From an uncultured Nitrospiraceae bacterium (GTDB lineage: Bacteria > Nitrospirota > Nitrospiria > Nitrospirales > Nitrospiraceae): a DNA stretch of 64,000 nucleotides. The position numbers and the translations under genes were made by a program. The stretch's first letter is position 1. Each line of letters opens with the position of its first letter. The notes below the pieces were generated by a model. It saw nothing but the letters and a program-made list of their open reading frames with translations. It was not told the DNA's origin and ran no database searches. The stretch spans positions 192,001 to 256,000 of the forward strand of contig CAVPLT010000004.1 of NCBI GenBank assembly GCA_963706325.1, in the 5' to 3' direction. This document shows, one piece after another, positions 10,652 through 19,816 of the stretch.

Positions 10652-10820
10652 ATGCTGAATGCTGCCCTGACGTGTATGGCGCTCGGTCTCATAATTTTGG
10701 GCATAAATTGGACCGGTGTGGCTGAGATGTCGGCACAAAATGTACTGGCTTTTTACTGTCGGCGGTATGCTCCTGATGGGAATTCATCTGGTAACAAGGC
10801 GTCCGGCTCGTGTATGGTAA
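10652..10820 (+). CDS. DUF1328-like small two-TM membrane protein; frameshift in A-run 10737-10740
   Basis: Removing one A gives MLNAALTCMALGLIILGINWTGVAEMSAQMYWLFTVGGMLLMGIHLVTRRPARVW*. Confidence 0.6.
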
Positions 10821-10941
10821 GGCGTCGCGGAAAGTACGGCGACAAAAATTTCTAGATGTCTTGGGGGCTCCTGAGTATGTATCGGTGCAAATTTCGATAG
10901 CCACCGTCATGCCAGAATAGAAAAATGCATTAGGGGGCAGT

Positions 10942-11124
10942 ATGACACCGGAAGAAAGAATTGCGAGCATGACCAAAGCGATCAATCTGGCCATCAAGGT
11001 GATGGGAGATCGTTTTGGGTCGACAGAAGAAGATGTGGCCCGAACCATTCAAGCGTTGAAGGGCTCGCTGCAAACGGTTCCGCAAGAAAAGAACCGGCCC
11101 GTTGCGGACGCCGTACAAGCTTAA
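10942..11124 (+). CDS. Small hypothetical helical protein
   Basis: SD AGGGG upstream of ATG; amphipathic sequence. Confidence 0.55.
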   Translation: MTPEERIASMTKAINLAIKVMGDRFGSTEEDVARTIQALKGSLQTVPQEKNRPVADAVQA

Positions 11125-11239
11125 AAGAGGCGACAGCGCAAAACGAGAGGTTGTTTAGTCGCATAATTAGATCCCATTTTATAAGTCGTGCCCTATTCGT
11201 CCCCGTCTGAGTGATGGAGTAGGTAGGCCTCAATAACTC

Positions 11240-11268
11240 TTGACTACGATCGCTATTGGGCTTAGCCT
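11240..11268 (+). promoter_or_regulatory. Sigma-70 promoter of iscA-forA-forB-porB
   Basis: TTGACT-N17-TAGCCT. Confidence 0.65.
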
Positions 11269-11274
11269 GAGACT

Positions 11275-11376
11275 ATGACGTCCCAAGCACCGCCGACTGT
11301 TCTCTCCCTCGCGCTTCTGCTTTCTTTTCCGCGCGACTGATTGCCAGATCTTCGTCGCTTCTTACGCCAGAGTGTC
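11275..11376 (+). repeat. Conserved 5' leader element, copy 1 (putative cis-regulatory RNA)
   Basis: Collinear identical blocks shared with 15283-15376; CGCGC/GCGCG stem; begins 6 nt after -10 box. Confidence 0.7.
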
Positions 11377-11503
11377 CTGCGCTGACCGGTGATGAACTTC
11401 TCCGTGTACGGAGCGATTGTCGATCCGGCGAAGAATATCTCTCACGCCCGTCCCAACTGAAACAGTTTGTTCGATCCATACAGCGGTAGAAGGGGATAAA
11501 TCT

Positions 11504-11826
11504 ATGATTACCATCACGACGACGGCTGAAGAAAAGATTCGGGAGTTGATGCTGGAGGAAAAGGATACGCTCGGTTTGCGTGTGTATGTGAAGGGCGGAG
11601 GGCTGCCATGGTTATCAGTACGGAATGGCCTTCGAGTCCAAGATGGCGACGACGATACGGTCATCGAAAAGGGTGACGTCAAGGTGATTATGGATTCGCA
11701 AAGCGCTCCGCTGTTGAACGGCTGTGAAGTTGATTATGTCGGATAGTGTTCAAGGGCTCGGGGTTCGCGATCAAGAACCCGCAAGCAAAGACAACGTGCG
11801 GGTGCGGCAGTTCATTCAGCGCGTAA
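11504..11826 (+). CDS. iscA: A-type Fe-S carrier (IscA/ErpA/HesB); four single-G indels
   Basis: [59 protein letters not shown] after indel correction. Confidence 0.88.
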
Positions 11827-11884
11827 CTCGTTACCTAAGGGGCGTGTCTGCGCGGATGTCACTTGAATGAAGGGAGATCGAACC

Positions 11885-13091
11885 ATGGAACCTACATCCC
11901 TGATCGGAACAAAAAATAAGAAGGGGCAGGTCTTCACGGATCCCCGCATCATGATGCGGGAGGCTCCTCGCACCCCGTCGTTCTACACCGGGAGTGAAGT
12001 CATTAAAGAAGCCATCAGGCGCGCCAGTATCGATGTGATGATTGCCTATCCGATCACTCCTCAGAGCGAAGCGGCGGCGTTGATCGGTGAGCTGTTTGCC
12101 GAAGGTTATATCGGCGATTATTTCCGTGGGGAAAGCGAATTTGCTGTGATGTCGCAGTGCGCGGGAGCCGCATTTGGTGGAGCCCGGGTGTTCACGACGA
12201 CGGCCGGACCGGGCACGATGCGGGCCATGGAAAACTTTCCCATGTGGGCCGGCGCGCGCTTGCCGATCCAATGCATTGTGACCTGCCGCGGCATCAATTC
12301 CCCATTGTCGATTCAGCCGGATACCATTGAAATCTCCTACCTGATGCAGACCGGTATGTTGGTGTGGCATGCGGAGACGGCACAGGATTTCTACGACTGG
12401 ATTCTCATGGGTTACATGGTGTCGGAGGAGCCGGACGTGCATTTGCCCTTGGCGCTCTGTTGTGACGGATTTTTTGTCACGCATACCAAAGACGTGGTTG
12501 ATCTCACGCCGACCGACATGTGCCTGCCGCCCTACGATCCTTACCGATCGCCGGTGCCCTTGCATGGATATGGAATGTCCTCCGGTTCGGATGATGCGCG
12601 ATCCATTCATCATGAAGAGCAACTACATCAGTTATGCGACTCACGCAAGTTGGCAACAAGAAATCTGGGCCGCAGCCGAACGGTCGAGAAAACACACCAT
12701 CGCGTGGCTGAATGGACTCATCGAGACGGAAGACGTCGAAGCCGATGTGCTCATCGTCACGTCAGGTACGGCCGTGTCTCAGGGCCGTGAGGCCATCCGT
12801 CTGCTGGCCGACGAGGGAATTCGAGTCGGACTCGTGAAGGTCAAGACGCTCCGGCCCTGGCCGGAAGAAGAAATTAAGGAAGCGACCAAGCACGCCACAC
12901 ATATCATTGTCCCAGAGTTCAATGTGATCGGTTGGATGGCGAAGGAAATCAAGGCCACCATTCCGAGGAGCGAGCGCGTCGTGGCCGGTCCGCGGGTGTG
13001 CGGCGGCATGACCATGCCACCGGAAATTATCGTGGAAGAAATTAAGCGTGCGCTCGGCATACGCTCGACGACCCTCGCCGCTCGCGGCTGA
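11885..13091 (+). CDS. forA: 2-oxoacid:ferredoxin oxidoreductase alpha subunit, ForA-type; frameshift near 12557-12561
   Basis: AYPITPQSE, ESEFAVMS, GPGTMRAMENFPMWAG, KSNYISYATHASWQ, GGMTMPPE; forA versus porA assigned from recalled Hydrogenobacter motifs. Confidence 0.8.
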
Positions 13092-13172
13092 CGGGCAACG
13101 AGTCAACCTGAAGACGGTAGTGACACCACAGTGCAAAAGTGAACCTCAGCAGAGCTGAGAGGAGAGATAAAT

Positions 13173-14070
13173 ATGAGTAAAGAACGCATCACCATTTCCC
13201 CCGATCTCTACGACATTATGCCGGCGGACTATCAGGATTTGGTCAGCAAAGCGACTTATGGCAAGGAAGATCGTGGTTGGAAAGATATTGGTACGTCTAA
13301 GGAACTTATTGAACAGCATTCGCTCTGTGCAGGATGTCCGGAATCCATGGCGTTTCGCTATATCCTGGCCTCGCTTCCCAATCCAGAGGACACGGTGATG
13401 GTCGGCTCGACCGGATGCACGAGTCTCGTGTTTCCGATGGTGGCCGTCCATAATATTCACTCGCTGTTCGGCAATCAGAATGCCATCGCCTCAGGGCTGA
13501 AGCGGGCGTTGAGCGTCCGCTTTCCTGATCGTGTCAAGGATGTGGTGGTGCTGGCGGGTGATGGCGCGACGGTAGACATCGGCTTGGATATGACGCTTCA
13601 AGCATGGTTCCGGCAGGAAAAGTTCACCACCATTTGCTTCGACAATGAACTGTACGCCAATACCGGCGGACAAGAGAGCGGTCTCATGCAGAAGGGTTTC
13701 GTCGCCAAAATGGCGCCGGTCGGAAAGCTTTTCGATAAGGTGCGTCTCGCCCGAGATCGCGCGGGAATCCGGCTGTCACTACATCGTGAATTGCACGGTG
13801 AGCAAGCCGTCACTGGTCGAAAAGGTGGTCCGCAACGCGGTCTTGATCGCTCGGGAAATCGGGCCGACTTATCTTCAGCTCTATACTCCGTGTATTTTGG
13901 AGATCGGTAAGAACAGCATGGAAGGTTTGCAGGAAATGCGAGACTCTGAAAAGCCGGCAGAAAGATTCGCATTCAAGGAATATATCAGCGAGCCGGCAAA
14001 ACAGCTCTTGGCGGAAAGAGACGCCAAGGCAAAGGAAAAGAAAGCCGCCGCGAAGCAATTGGTTTCGTGA
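13173..14070 (+). CDS. forB: 2-oxoacid:ferredoxin oxidoreductase beta subunit, ForB-type; frameshift near 13748-13752
   Basis: LCAGC, TGC, TPP motif AGDGATVDIG..DNELYANTGGQ, YTPCILEIG. Confidence 0.8.
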
Positions 14071-14122
14071 GAGGCGTCCATCTTACCACCGCACGCGCGG
14101 CTACGAGAGAGTGAGGTTTTAG

Positions 14123-15013
14123 ATGAGTCTTGATTATGTGAAATTTACACCCGGATTTGAGCAGTTCATGCCCAAAGAATATCGGGATATGGTCGAACAC
14201 GGCCCATTTGGAAAGAAGACGACCGTCTCGCAAATGGGGAGCTTCAAGGAAATCCTTGAAGAGCACCCGATGTGTGCCGGTTGTGCCATGACGTTGTTCA
14301 TTCGTTTAGCGATCATTGCCTTTCCGAATCCCGAAGACACCATCACGGTCGGGACAGCCGGCTGCGGACGATTGGCGATTTCGCAGGCAGCGATTCCGTT
14401 CGTCTATGGAAATTACGGTGATCAGAATGGCGTCGCCAGCGGCCTTTCGCGTGGGTTACGGCTCCGTTTCGGGGACAAGCCGAAGGATGTTGTGGTGATC
14501 GCAGGTGATGGGGGAACGGCCGACATCGGGTTCCAGCAGGTTTTGCACTCTTGGTTCCGGAAGGAACGTTTTACGACCATCATGCTGGACAACGAGGTGT
14601 ATGGCAACACGGGTGGACAGGAAAGCGGGATGACGACCCGAGGGGCTGTACTCAAGATGGCTCCTCTCGGAAAGAAGTTCGAGAAGATGGATATGGTCAC
14701 GATGGCCAAAGTTTCAGGTTGCGCCTATATCGCCACGGTTGTGCCCAACAATCCGCGGCGAGTGGAAAGCGTCATCAAGAAGGCGGTGTTGATCGCCCGA
14801 GAGGTTGGTCCGACCTACATCCAAGCGTATACGTCCTGCAACATTGAATATGCGATTCCCACCGATAAGGTGATGGAAGATGCGAAGACGGTTGAAGATG
14901 ATCGGTACAAATTCACCGAATATGTCAGTGATGAAGCCAAAGCTTATTTGGCTGAACGATACGGGTATAAAGAGTTCATTCCAAAGGCATCCGCCACGCC
15001 CACCATCGCATAG
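14123..15013 (+). CDS. porB: Pyruvate:ferredoxin oxidoreductase beta subunit, PorB-type
   Basis: EEHPMCAGC, GTAGCGRLAISQAA, AGDGGTADIG..DNEVYGNTGGQ, YTSCNIEY. Confidence 0.85.
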   Translation: MSLDYVKFTPGFEQFMPKEYRDMVEHGPFGKKTTVSQMGSFKEILEEHPMCAGCAMTLFIRLAIIAFPNPEDTITVGTAGCGRLAISQAAIPFVYGNYGDQNGVASGLSRGLRLRFGDKPKDVVVIAGDGGTADIGFQQVLHSWFRKERFTTIMLDNEVYGNTGGQESGMTTRGAVLKMAPLGKKFEKMDMVTMAKVSGCAYIATVVPNNPRRVESVIKKAVLIAREVGPTYIQAYTSCNIEYAIPTDKVMEDAKTVEDDRYKFTEYVSDEAKAYLAERYGYKEFIPKASATPTIA

Positions 15014-15059
15014 TCGGGTCCTGGTCTGAGACTCTTACATGTGACGGGATCGAAAATAC

Positions 15060-15097
15060 TGCTGACGAGCGGGCGATAAAAAACCTGCCCGTCAGCA
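15060..15097 (+). terminator. Stem-loop downstream of porB
   Basis: TGCTGACG..CGTCAGCA inverted repeat; no U-tract. Confidence 0.35.
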
Positions 15098-15247
15098 CGA
15101 TCGCGCACGATGGCAGATCTCACTCGTCTCTATGGTGAATGCCGGTATAGAGAAGGTAAGATCGTGGCCACACAGCATTCCATGCTCCCCCTGGTGAACC
15201 CCAATATATACTGACGGCATGCGGTGAGATAGGGAACCATGCGTCCG

Positions 15248-15276
15248 TTGACACGGAGCCTTCTACACTGTACTGT
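15248..15276 (+). promoter_or_regulatory. Sigma-70 promoter of CsbD-like gene
   Basis: TTGACA-N17-TACTGT. Confidence 0.7.
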
Positions 15277-15282
15277 GCGCAC

Positions 15283-15376
15283 GTGACGTTTTGAACCACG
15301 CCGACTGTCTCATCTCTCGCGCAACCCTTCGGCGCGTCTGATTCTCCGGTCTTCGATGCTTCTACGCCGGAGTTTC
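15283..15376 (+). repeat. Conserved 5' leader element, copy 2 (putative cis-regulatory RNA)
   Basis: Homologous to 11275-11376; CGCGC/GCGCG and CTCCGG/CCGGAG stems; begins 6 nt after -10 box. Confidence 0.7.
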
Positions 15377-15464
15377 ATATCAGAATACCAGGTCTTGCCA
15401 TGCGTCCGCGCGTGTCAGCCCTCACACAGTGTGGCGGTACGCCAGCCACCTAAAAGGAGCCGTG

Positions 15465-15713
15465 ATGACACAAGAACAATTCCAACAATTTTGGCTACAA
15501 CTCAAAGCTCCATTGAAAGCCAAATGGGAGAAAATCACCGATAACGATCTCGGAGAGATCCAAGGCAATCTCGCCAAGTTTAACGACATTCTTCAGAAAC
15601 GTTATGGAGATGCGAACAAGGACGAAGTGGGAATCTGGGCCGATCGTCGGCATGCCCATTGGAGCGGAAACTACTATGGATACAAGGATCCTCAGCAGCA
15701 GACTACCGGCTAA
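15465..15713 (+). CDS. CsbD/YjbJ-like small stress protein
   Basis: FWLQLKAPLKAKWEKITDNDLGEIQG..ILQKRYG; SD AAGGAG. Confidence 0.8.
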   Translation: MTQEQFQQFWLQLKAPLKAKWEKITDNDLGEIQGNLAKFNDILQKRYGDANKDEVGIWADRRHAHWSGNYYGYKDPQQQTTG

Positions 15714-16350
15714 CCTCTCTCTTGTCGCCACAGATCTGAGGCAGCTCGGTAACCTTTCTTCTCACGCCTTCGAGTGGGTAACAGAGAGAGAATCGATATA
15801 TGACGAGATTGCCACCAACAAGACTAGTGAGGTTTGCATAAGTCACAAGGCTTTTGTTCGCCCGCGAAAGTTGGGATAATCGGATTGCATTGAAGGACAG
15901 GGATTTGGGAGCCCCTTGTCCGGCCACTGCTGGTTATCAGGAGCCAAGCTTAGGTCAATTCGGCATCTTACCGTGACGATCAAGGCTTGTTCAAGCAATA
16001 GGAAGAGCTGCCTAAATAAGCCAATGAGCACTGTGTCGAACGAAGGGTCGTGATTTATTCCGGATAATGTGCAGTGGGTGATTGTCAAAAAGGTGGAAGC
16101 GAACCTGTGAGCGAGCAGTATCGCACCTGGAGTTGAGCCGATCACGCATTGGCTAGCCTCTCTGCCTAAATCCGGGGTGACCATTTTTGTAACGATCCCC
16201 CACGGCATCTTGTGCTACCCGATTGTCGAGTACATCTTCTCTGGGAGGATCATGTCTAGTGATTAAGACGTAGCTTCCAACCCTCACAAAAATGAATCCC
16301 ATAGAGTTCCACCTGGGCGCTCTCCTCCCTGCATTGACCTGCCCCTCTTG

Positions 16351-18015
16351 CTAGTACGCCCAAGTTAATAGAGTCGTGAATACGTTTTTGCTGTAGTTAT
16401 AGACGGGAACGTTCGAGCTGTTCAGTACCCCTTGATACTGAAGTGCAACAGTGAGGTTGCGAGGTAATGGCTTCGCGATCTGGAAGAAGATGTCCTGCTC
16501 GGTATCCCGGCGGGGAGATAACTGACCGGCATCATCCAAAAATATTATTTGCGCATAGTTGTAAGCGCGCCAGTGAACCTCGTAATCGAGTCGCAGACTG
16601 AGCTCATACCAGGGAAGAGTGGCTTGTCCTCCAAGTTGAAGCCGATTGCCCGAATAGGCGAAGCTGGATCCGCTTGCGGCTTCGGTATCGCGCTGATATC
16701 CAATGCGGACAATGTACTTGTCCTGCCGAAATCGGAAGGCGTGGAGAAACCCTATCATATTATTGAACGCATCCCGTGACTCGGGACCGAATCGGATGTC
16801 GTTATTGCCAGGCTCCGCATAGAATTCCTTGCGTTGATAACGATAGAGAACCGTGATCAAATTCTCCATCCGGCCGACCACCGGCAGCAAGACCGCGGGT
16901 GGAACCAACGTGGCAGGTAGGGTCAGACTGTGGCGGGAGAGAAAACCTGTCAAATCGAGAAACATATAGTCATAACTGTACTGCCCTCCAATCTCGTAGG
17001 GCATCGTCCCGATGGTCCCTCGATAGACTCCAGATAGAGCCCCCAAATGATCTTGGATATTAAACCTTCCTACGCCGCTATTGGTATTGACGGTTTGGTA
17101 GTAGGAGTAGGTCACTGTCGACTCGATCGGGCCGTTGCGATACCAGGCATAGTCACCGCGTGCCGATGTTACGAGACCCGGTGATTGGGTCGAACGCGAG
17201 CGAAGAGCCTCTGCCACCGGGTCGCTGCTCTGGCGTGGATTGACAGCCACGTTATCGTCGTAATAGCCCCCAACGGCCACCTGCAGGCGCAACCGCTGAG
17301 TGTCCGTGACCCGCTTGGTTGCGGCGAGGGCTTCCTGGACGCGTACGGATGCGCCTGTGATGGGAGAGCTAGGCTGTACACGTTGCGCGGAAGCCAACTC
17401 GGCCTGAGCCTGATCCGACAGTCCAAGGATTCCCAGCGAGAGTCCTCGATAGAATGATGCGAGCTGCCGCAAATCCTGATCAGTGGACACATTTGCGCCT
17501 AGTGCCGCGGCTGCGCCCTCATAATCCTTCTGTCGATAGCGAAGAAACCCCACATAGAATCCCAGGTTTTCACGCTGCGCTTCCTGCTCAAAGACTTCCT
17601 CCAGTAGGGGCGCGGCTTTGTCATAATTTCGGAGGGCAAAGTGGGCCGTACCCAGTTGGTAAGCGACTTCCAAATCGGATGGGCGAAGAGAGCGGAGGGT
17701 AGTCAAAGGGGCGAGTGCCTGGTCCGCATGACCCTTTGCTAGATGACAGAGCGCTAAATAATACAAGGCTCGGGCCTGACGCGGATTCAGGGCGACGGCT
17801 TTCGAAAGCAGTGCGATGGCCTCATCGTACCGTTTGGCATCATAAGCAAAGATTCCTTCGGCTACCAACACCTCCGCATCAGCCTCCTGGGCCTGAACGG
17901 AGCAGGTCAGCAATATTGTGGGAAGCAAGACGAGAATTCCTACGAGGAGTTTCATCGTCAGATAAAGATGCGATCGATTTGAAAAATGGATCGCGCGAGT
18001 TTGATATCGGATCAT
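16351..18015 (-). CDS. TPR-repeat protein with C-terminal outer-membrane beta-barrel (Slam-like architecture)
   Basis: Signal peptide, several TPR repeats, YDDNV barrel start, alternating beta strands, terminal aromatic (LTWAY). Confidence 0.75.
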   Translation of the reverse strand: MIRYQTRAIHFSNRSHLYLTMKLLVGILVLLPTILLTCSVQAQEADAEVLVAEGIFAYDAKRYDEAIALLSKAVALNPRQARALYYLALCHLAKGHADQALAPLTTLRSLRPSDLEVAYQLGTAHFALRNYDKAAPLLEEVFEQEAQRENLGFYVGFLRYRQKDYEGAAAALGANVSTDQDLRQLASFYRGLSLGILGLSDQAQAELASAQRVQPSSPITGASVRVQEALAATKRVTDTQRLRLQVAVGGYYDDNVAVNPRQSSDPVAEALRSRSTQSPGLVTSARGDYAWYRNGPIESTVTYSYYQTVNTNSGVGRFNIQDHLGALSGVYRGTIGTMPYEIGGQYSYDYMFLDLTGFLSRHSLTLPATLVPPAVLLPVVGRMENLITVLYRYQRKEFYAEPGNNDIRFGPESRDAFNNMIGFLHAFRFRQDKYIVRIGYQRDTEAASGSSFAYSGNRLQLGGQATLPWYELSLRLDYEVHWRAYNYAQIIFLDDAGQLSPRRDTEQDIFFQIAKPLPRNLTVALQYQGVLNSSNVPVYNYSKNVFTTLLTWAY

Positions 18016-18059
18016 GAATTGTTCTCCATCCCGCCTTCGTACAACGGCATTTTCATGGC

Positions 18060-18089
18060 TTGACCTAGGCACGATCCCCCACCTACTGT
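18060..18089 (+). promoter_or_regulatory. Sigma-70 promoter of FecR-domain gene
   Basis: TTGACC-N18-TACTGT. Confidence 0.5.
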
Positions 18090-18217
18090 ACGACAGGTCC
18101 TGGTTGTTTTACGGGTCACAGTACCTGTAAAGTGGCAGCAGTAAACACTTTGCAGGCCATCCTGTCAAAATAGGCATGCTCGTTTTTGAACAGGTTCACA
18201 ACAAGGATTGGTGTCTT

Positions 18218-19315
18218 ATGAGAACCGTCGACTTCTGGTTACGCATGCTCTCATGCTGGGTCATATTCTTACTGGGTACCATGATGGGAGCTTGGGCGGA
18301 AGAACCATCGCGATTTGTTCCCGGCGATGGGCATTCGGTCGGGGTGGTGATGGGAATTTCGGGTGGACTCGTTTCGATTGGTTCCGCTGGTCTCGCCAGT
18401 CGAACTGTGAAAGTGGGTGATCTCATGGCCGCCGGTGATGAGATTTCAACCGGACTCGGCGTGAAGGTGGATGTATTATGGGATCATCGCGTGTTGCTCA
18501 CCTTGCATGACGAGGCACGGCTGCAGATCCAAGAAACGCATCATGGCCAAACCGAGCTGCGCCTTCACAGGGGAACCGTGCGGATTGCCTTGTCCTATGA
18601 CGCGGGGCGGATGACTGACAGGCTTACCCTCCAGACGGCGCTCGCGCGGACAGTGAGTCGAGGAGGAATTCTAGAGGCCACAGTGATGGGAGAAGAGCAG
18701 CAATCTTTTTTTGCGCGATTGGTCAATGCCCCCGCGGTAGAAACTCTGCGAGTATTCGAAGGGCAGGCTCGAGTGGAGCCGCTGACCGGTGAAGGCAAAC
18801 CGTTTTCCATCAAGGCGGGATCAGAGGTCTCTCTGAAACCAGGGATACTCAATCCCATTTCGGAAATGCAATCGGCATCGCGCGCGCTTCAACCCCTTGC
18901 AGTCAGGGAGGAACATCGTGGGCCTCCTCAGCCGGTCACGCGTCAAATCGCCAATGCTCATGTTGATCTCGCCCTGGAAGTCGAGAAGGAAATCCAGCGC
19001 TCCAGTGCGGCGGGTACAGAAAAGGACCTACCCGGTGTGACCGCCAAAGGCGCCATTTTGCCGACAAGTACCGGGCTGCCATCTTTTCCTGGGGCTCAGG
19101 CATTCGCAGGAGGAAGCTCAATCGGGACGCCTTCGAGCACTTCTTCATCTGCCATTCCGTCAACTCCCATATTGTCTCTGCCCCTGGCTTCGCCCATTCA
19201 AGGAGCCGGTGCTGGTGCAGGCCCTGCTCAGTCCGGTGGGCTCAACAGCAGTGGATTACTTAAGCAAGTTCTCAACGAGGTCGGTAAGGGGGCAAAGGGA
19301 CAGGGGAAGAAGTAA
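18218..19315 (+). CDS. Exported FecR-domain protein with Ser/Pro/Gly-rich tail
   Basis: VKVGDLMAAGDEISTG, LRLHRGTVR, LQTALARTVSRGG, LRVFEGQARV. Confidence 0.7.
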   Translation: MRTVDFWLRMLSCWVIFLLGTMMGAWAEEPSRFVPGDGHSVGVVMGISGGLVSIGSAGLASRTVKVGDLMAAGDEISTGLGVKVDVLWDHRVLLTLHDEARLQIQETHHGQTELRLHRGTVRIALSYDAGRMTDRLTLQTALARTVSRGGILEATVMGEEQQSFFARLVNAPAVETLRVFEGQARVEPLTGEGKPFSIKAGSEVSLKPGILNPISEMQSASRALQPLAVREEHRGPPQPVTRQIANAHVDLALEVEKEIQRSSAAGTEKDLPGVTAKGAILPTSTGLPSFPGAQAFAGGSSIGTPSSTSSSAIPSTPILSLPLASPIQGAGAGAGPAQSGGLNSSGLLKQVLNEVGKGAKGQGKK

Positions 19316-19338
19316 GCGGCGTATACGAGCGGCCGTCG

Positions 19339-19764
19339 TCAAAAGGAACGGCAGGCTTGTGAACGAATTCTCATGACCGCTTCCTGGTGAAAATCATTTT
19401 TGTACGTCTCCATGATATGTTGGAGGGCGGTGTCGTTCTGCCGACTCCCGTCGTGCGTCAGCTGGAGTACGTGGGATGTTTCGTGTTGGATTGCTCCGGT
19501 TGCCATTCTCCACCGGCCAGACGCCGCCCATGTCGTCAGTCCGTCCGGGAATGCCGGTGTGACGACCGCGTCGATAAATGCGTCCCATTCTTCAGCTGCC
19601 ACTATTCCCTCCGGCTTTGCTATACCGAAATAGAGCGTCTCGGTCACCACAGCATGTTCGCTCGATAAACAGGTGAGGGGGTGAGTCACTCCACAACCTG
19701 TGGGGATGAACAGCATGATGACAAGGAAGAGGACTCGATTCAGTAGCATGATGGGAGAGAGCAA
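19339..19764 (-). CDS. DUF3574 family lipoprotein
   Basis: Lipobox PTGC; ETLYFG, EWDAFIDAVVTPAFPDGLT..ASGRW, YKNDFHQEAVMR. Confidence 0.85.
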   Translation of the reverse strand: MLSPIMLLNRVLFLVIMLFIPTGCGVTHPLTCLSSEHAVVTETLYFGIAKPEGIVAAEEWDAFIDAVVTPAFPDGLTTWAASGRWRMATGAIQHETSHVLQLTHDGSRQNDTALQHIMETYKNDFHQEAVMRIRSQACRSF

Positions 19765-19816
19765 TAATCTAGCTGACTGGAAACTCCGGAGGGAGATGCC
19801 GACCGAACCTTCGGTC

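Noticed and set aside
10899..10914. Sigma-54-like TGGCATGACGGTGGCT on the minus strand
   Set aside because: -12 element deviates (TGGC rather than TTGC), it points antisense into + strand genes, and there is no credible downstream ORF or IHF site
11504..14070. Programmed frameshifting or phase variation in iscA, forA and forB
   Set aside because: Runs are only 2-4 nt, no slippery heptamer was seen, and four indels within 320 bp fit sequencing error far better
15714..16350. 640-nt intergenic gap with ORFs 15604-15879 and 15843-16208
   Set aside because: No SD, motif or coding-like composition; only a weak CTCTCT/AGAGAG pairing after the CsbD-like gene
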